A stretch of DNA of 28,570 nucleotides from the NCBI GenBank assembly GCA_041694885.1, contig JBGFRX010000003.1:1-28570 (forward strand), in the 5' to 3' direction. The notes beneath the pieces were generated by a model that saw nothing but the letters and a program-made list of their open reading frames with translations, made no database searches and had not been told where the DNA came from. Each line of letters begins with the position of its first letter. The stretch's first letter is position 1. Of this stretch, positions 25,023 through 28,570 are shown one piece after another. This stretch comes from Candidatus Micrarchaeota archaeon. Lineage in GTDB: Archaea > Micrarchaeota > Micrarchaeia > Anstonellales > Bilamarchaeaceae. Made by a program: the position numbers and the translations under genes.

Positions 25023-26321
25023 TCAGGATAATTGCAGCGTTATATTCTCCTTTGCTGCGAGAAGGAATTCATTAAGTTTGTCCTTATGAATCGAGGCGCC
25101 TGCTGCAACTGCATGGCCTCCTCCTATTCCTCCTGCTTTTGCCCCAGCATAGGAAACCATCTTGCCCAGATTTATTCCTGCTTTTTTCGCAACGCGCGAG
25201 GATATCTTTATATCTTCTCCTTCTCCGTTTGCAATGCCAATTACCGGCTTGGTTCCGTTTTGGAGCACCATGCCGCACACCACGCCTATTATTCCTTCGT
25301 CTATGATTCCACGGGCATCCAAAAAAAGGAAAACGCCCAAGTCAGTGATGTTGGCTTTTGCGAACTGCACACCTTCCCTTATCATGCGCTTGTGCAATGC
25401 AAGGAACGAAGACGCTTCCAGGTACGCCGCCTCGTTACCAAGGCAAACAGCGATGCCTAATTCCGACTTCCCGTGCCTTCCGCATGCGTTCAGCACAGTG
25501 GAGAATTCGTTCGCGTCGTAAAGCGCGCTCTTCCCCGGCCTTTTCGGAAGGTCGTAAACCTCCCCTATTAAACCGTATCTGCGTCCATTTCGCGAAAGTA
25601 TTTCCGCGATTCCGGAAACGAGGATTCTTTTCTCCTCTTCGCTCAAATCAGCATACGTTCTCCAGCCCTCGCCTTTCTTCAATCCAATTTTCAAGTCGTC
25701 CAAAAATTTCAGCGCATTTTCCTCTTTGTACGAAATTCCGGGAATGAACGGCTCGTCGCTGTACGCGAGGAACTGCACCAGAGGACGCGAATATCTTCCA
25801 TAGAATTTCAAGTCGGTATTTTTCCTTATTTCCCCTCTCGCAATTCCTTCCTCGAGCATTTTGATGTTTGCGCCCTGGAGGGGGTATTGCATGTCCCCCA
25901 ACGCACCAACCAACGCCAAATCCGCATTGTTTCTGAATACAAAATATGCGGTTCCGCTTGAGCTCAGCTCGCTTCCTCCGTCAATTCCGTAAAGCATGGG
26001 GTTAATCTGATGTTTGTTCAATTTTTTGGGCTGGTGGTGGTCTATAATCAGCACGTCTTTGAGTTCGTCTACTCTTCCGAAATTTCCCAAATCAACGAAA
26101 ATTATCTCTTTCTCGGATTTCAGCTTCTCGAGCAGCGCATCATCCAATTTTTTTACCCCTAAAATGCGGTGCGTTTTGTTCTCGCGCATGAACGCTGCCT
26201 TCACTATCGCCCCTGAGCTCAGGCCATCTGCATCGTAGTGATGAACTATCAAAGGATTGCTGAACCTGAACGCTGTTTTTTTCGCTTCCTCGCACGCGGA
26301 AAGAAATTCACCGAAACCCAT
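25023..26321 (-). CDS. RecJ/Cdc45-like DHH-DHHA1 phosphoesterase
   Basis: HHYDADG, FVDLG, IIDHH, GALGD, EFST.LNACGR, SSR and GGGHAVAAG motifs. Confidence 0.93.
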   Translation of the reverse strand: MGFGEFLSACEEAKKTAFRFSNPLIVHHYDADGLSSGAIVKAAFMRENKTHRILGVKKLDDALLEKLKSEKEIIFVDLGNFGRVDELKDVLIIDHHQPKKLNKHQINPMLYGIDGGSELSSSGTAYFVFRNNADLALVGALGDMQYPLQGANIKMLEEGIARGEIRKNTDLKFYGRYSRPLVQFLAYSDEPFIPGISYKEENALKFLDDLKIGLKKGEGWRTYADLSEEEKRILVSGIAEILSRNGRRYGLIGEVYDLPKRPGKSALYDANEFSTVLNACGRHGKSELGIAVCLGNEAAYLEASSFLALHKRMIREGVQFAKANITDLGVFLFLDARGIIDEGIIGVVCGMVLQNGTKPVIGIANGEGEDIKISSRVAKKAGINLGKMVSYAGAKAGGIGGGHAVAAGASIHKDKLNEFLLAAKENITLQLS

Positions 26322-26381
26322 AAGATGAATTGGGCGAGGAGTAAATAAAGTTGTTCCATAGCCGCATTTACCCCCAGCAAA

Positions 26382-26972
26382 TTATTTAAACTCGAATTCG
26401 CCCGAGCCTTTTCTCACTATTTTTCTTTCAACAAGGTCCACCACTGTGCTCGGCTTTTTGAGCGTGGTTTCTCCTCCATCGAGCGCCAAATCAGTTTTTT
26501 TTATTATATTTTTTTCAATATCCCCAAGGCGCACCGCATCCTTCCTGCCGCTCAGATTCGCGCTCGTCGCAATAACCGGCTTGCCGAAATTCTCCACCAG
26601 CTTGCGCACGAAGAAATTATTGGGGACGCGCACGCCTATTTTTTCCTTCTGGCCCGCGAGCGTTTTTCCCTCTTTCAATTTCAGAATAAACGTATATGGA
26701 CCGGGCAGGTATTCCATGAGCGTCTTCGCGTCCTCCTCGTAAATTTCGCACCACTCCATCATCATTTCAAGACCGTCCATAATCACTGCAAGGGGCTTTT
26801 TTGCTTCGCGATTCTTCAATTCGTAAATTTTCTCCACAACCCTGGGATCAGTCGCGTTCCCGCCCAAACCGTAAACCGTATCAGTGGGAAAGACGATCAT
26901 GCCCCCTTTCTTCAGAACTCTGGTGGATTCGGAAAGCGCCTTCGCGTAATCTTTTTCTATTCTCAGAATCAT
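26382..26972 (-). CDS. tsaC: Threonylcarbamoyl-AMP synthase (TsaC/Sua5, YrdC domain only)
   Basis: FPTDTVYGLG, K.R...KPL, PGPYTFIL, GVRVP, TSAN.SG and PSTVVD motifs. Confidence 0.95.
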   Translation of the reverse strand: MILRIEKDYAKALSESTRVLKKGGMIVFPTDTVYGLGGNATDPRVVEKIYELKNREAKKPLAVIMDGLEMMMEWCEIYEEDAKTLMEYLPGPYTFILKLKEGKTLAGQKEKIGVRVPNNFFVRKLVENFGKPVIATSANLSGRKDAVRLGDIEKNIIKKTDLALDGGETTLKKPSTVVDLVERKIVRKGSGEFEFK

Positions 26973-27170
26973 GCAAAGCACTGCAATAGGCGTTAATTTA
27001 TCCAGTCCTGTTTCTTCTTCCTTAAGAAAATTTTCATATCCAAGATCACATCTTCCAACTCACATGCCTTTTATATAAATTCCGCTTTCCTGGTTTTTTG
27101 GCTTTTGATTTCGCGTTCGGCAACCAATCGATTTTTATTTTGTCCGTGCTTTACTTTTTCGGGATTTTTA

Positions 27171-27746
27171 ATGCTCGTTGTTTTTGAGGGAATAGACGGA
27201 TGCGGGAAAGAAACCCAGATAGGTCTTCTGAAGCAGAAAATAAAATTCGATTATTTCAAGTACCCCACGAAAAATTTCGGGATTCTGAACGACTATCTTG
27301 AGAAAAAGGTGAAACTTTCTTCGAAATCGCTCTTTCACCTTTTCCTCGCGGACATTGCGAACAGGCAGGAAAAAATAAAAAATTCGAAATCGCCGCTAAT
27401 AATTCTGGACCGGTACGTTTTCTCCACTATAGCGTACGAAGTGGACGGGATAAGCTACGAAAACGGAAAAAGGATAGTGGAGTCCACGAATTTCCTCAAG
27501 CCAAACCTTGTTATTTACCTTGACATAACCCCGGAAATTTCCCAGGATAGGAAAAGGAAACAAAAGCAATTGGACAGGTACGAAGAGGACGAAAAATATC
27601 TCGCGAATGTGCGTGCAAACTATTTAAAACTCTACGAGGATAAATTCCTTGCTGAGAACTGGCGCTTAGTGGACGCCAGCAGAAACATCGGGGAAGTGCA
27701 CCTGCAGATTCTGAGAATTTTGAGGGAAACTGGTGCAAAAATCTAG
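27171..27746 (+). CDS. tmk: Thymidylate kinase
   Basis: VFEGIDGCGKETQ P-loop, LDRYVFSTIAY, KPNLVIYLDI, DRYE. Confidence 0.95.
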   Translation: MLVVFEGIDGCGKETQIGLLKQKIKFDYFKYPTKNFGILNDYLEKKVKLSSKSLFHLFLADIANRQEKIKNSKSPLIILDRYVFSTIAYEVDGISYENGKRIVESTNFLKPNLVIYLDITPEISQDRKRKQKQLDRYEEDEKYLANVRANYLKLYEDKFLAENWRLVDASRNIGEVHLQILRILRETGAKI

Positions 27747-27791
27747 TTTTGTATCTTACGAAACTGGGAACTCAAAACGATCAGGTGCTCA

Positions 27792-27962
27792 AGGAAACTG
27801 TCAGCGCATCAGCCCTGCTCCCATAGTCTGTCAGCCCAAGGGGGTGCTCCCCCTTAGTCCGACACCGCCCAAACCCCCCATACGGCTATGCGAGCGTTTT
27901 AAGCAAGGCGGATTAATACAAAACAGGAAACTGTCAGCGCATCAGCCCTGCTCCCATAGTCT
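27792..27962 (+). repeat. Perfect 38-bp direct repeat (27792..27829 and 27925..27962) overlapping the tRNA 5' end
   Basis: AGGAAACTGTCAGCGCATCAGCCCTGCTCCCATAGTCT occurs twice, 95 nt apart. Confidence 0.95.
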
Positions 27963-28044
27963 AGCCCGGCCAAGGACGGTGGACTTTCATCTGCCAAAGA
28001 CGGAAAGAAATCCATTAACCCGAGTTCAAATCTCGGTGGGAGCG
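27950..28044 (+). tRNA. tRNA-Glu(UUC) with 20-nt intron at 37/38 (27990..28009)
   Basis: Acceptor GCTCCCA/TGGGAGC, D stem GTCT/GGAC, anticodon stem GTGGA/TCCAT, anticodon TTC at 27986..27988, T arm CCGAG-TTCAAAT-CTCGG. Canonical BHB with central helix CTTT/AAAG and 3-nt bulges CA^T and AA^A. CCA not encoded. Confidence 0.93.
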
Positions 28045-28100
28045 TAACCGCTTAAAAAAAATCTACCAGCGCCCTTATTATATTTTTCGCATATTTCTAA

Positions 28101-28475
28101 ATGGTGGTGTTTACGCCGAAAATACAAAAACAAAAAGAACCGGAACTTCCGAAACTGGAGCACGTGCGCGATCCCGAGTACAAAGAAATATACGCGACCG
28201 GCGCGTTGGGGGGATTCGATTCGCAAGGGGGCTTCCACATAATATTCTATTCGCCGAACAGGAAGCTCGACACAATAGGTGAAAGAAAGGAGCAAGTAGT
28301 TGAGGTATCGCACAAAGTCAAGATCATAGTAACTCCTTCTACCCTGAAGCACATAATCGTGTGGCTGAACAAGAGCCTGGAGGAGTACGAGGTGAAATTC
28401 GGAAAACTCCAGGAGCCGGTGTTGCTCCCGAAAAGAATAATAGGCACGCATCCGCCCGAGACGATGTATGGGTGA
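28101..28475 (+). CDS. DUF3467-like hypothetical protein
   Basis: Y.EIYATGA.GG....GF.I.FY...KIIVTP..LK....WL...L..YE.KFG pattern. Confidence 0.7.
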   Translation: MVVFTPKIQKQKEPELPKLEHVRDPEYKEIYATGALGGFDSQGGFHIIFYSPNRKLDTIGERKEQVVEVSHKVKIIVTPSTLKHIIVWLNKSLEEYEVKFGKLQEPVLLPKRIIGTHPPETMYG

Positions 28476-28480
28476 TCATC

Positions 28481-28570
28481 ATGGTTGAAAAGCATGGCGA
28501 AATACAGAACCAGACAGTGAAGGACAAACTCGTTGAAATGTACAAAAAGGACTTCATAAAATTTCCAGAT
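28481..28570 (+). CDS. Hypothetical protein, 3'-truncated by window edge
   Basis: ATG after a GGTGAT RBS; open frame MVEKHGEIQNQTVKDKLVEMYKKDFIKFPD to the window end. Confidence 0.55.
   Translation, partial: MVEKHGEIQNQTVKDKLVEMYKKDFIKFPD

Noticed and set aside
27792..27962. CRISPR mini-array
   Set aside because: Only two repeats, a 95-nt spacer, the repeat overlaps a tRNA gene, and no cas genes are present.
27990..28009. tRNA intron as an unusual feature
   Set aside because: Canonical 37/38 position with a standard BHB motif; ordinary for archaea.

Overview
Archaeal chromosomal window, mostly housekeeping genes. The gene set, GGTGA-type ribosome-binding sites, TATA promoters and a BHB tRNA intron fit a DPANN archaeon, most plausibly Micrarchaeota-like (inference). 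It holds the conserved rps19e-PDCD5-rpl39e-rpl31e-eIF6-rplX-pfdA-ftsY cluster with a tRNA-binding-domain gene inserted. Other genes: DRG and YchF/Ygr210 GTPases, scpA and scpB, pyrC, deoxyhypusine synthase, TFE, trm56, pdaD, a RecJ/Cdc45-like DHH protein, tsaC/sua5, tmk, two class III signal-peptide (pilin-like) genes and an intron-containing tRNA-Glu(UUC). No transposase, integrase, Cas gene or CRISPR array is visible. The unexplained signals are mainly non-coding or sub-genic. (1) A 146-bp structured element occurs twice (~90% identical), each copy ~135 nt upstream of a + strand gene. (2) A perfect (GGGTTTT)x4 tract lies inside a pilin leader peptide, and degenerate 7-mer tracts form in-frame insertions in other genes. 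(3) A 38-bp direct repeat duplicates the leader and 5' end of tRNA-Glu around a 95-nt structured insert. (4) There is a CBS+HPF-like putative ribosome hibernation factor and a TFE with a histone-H1-like Lys-rich N-terminus. All calls were made by eye from motifs; no database searches were run.
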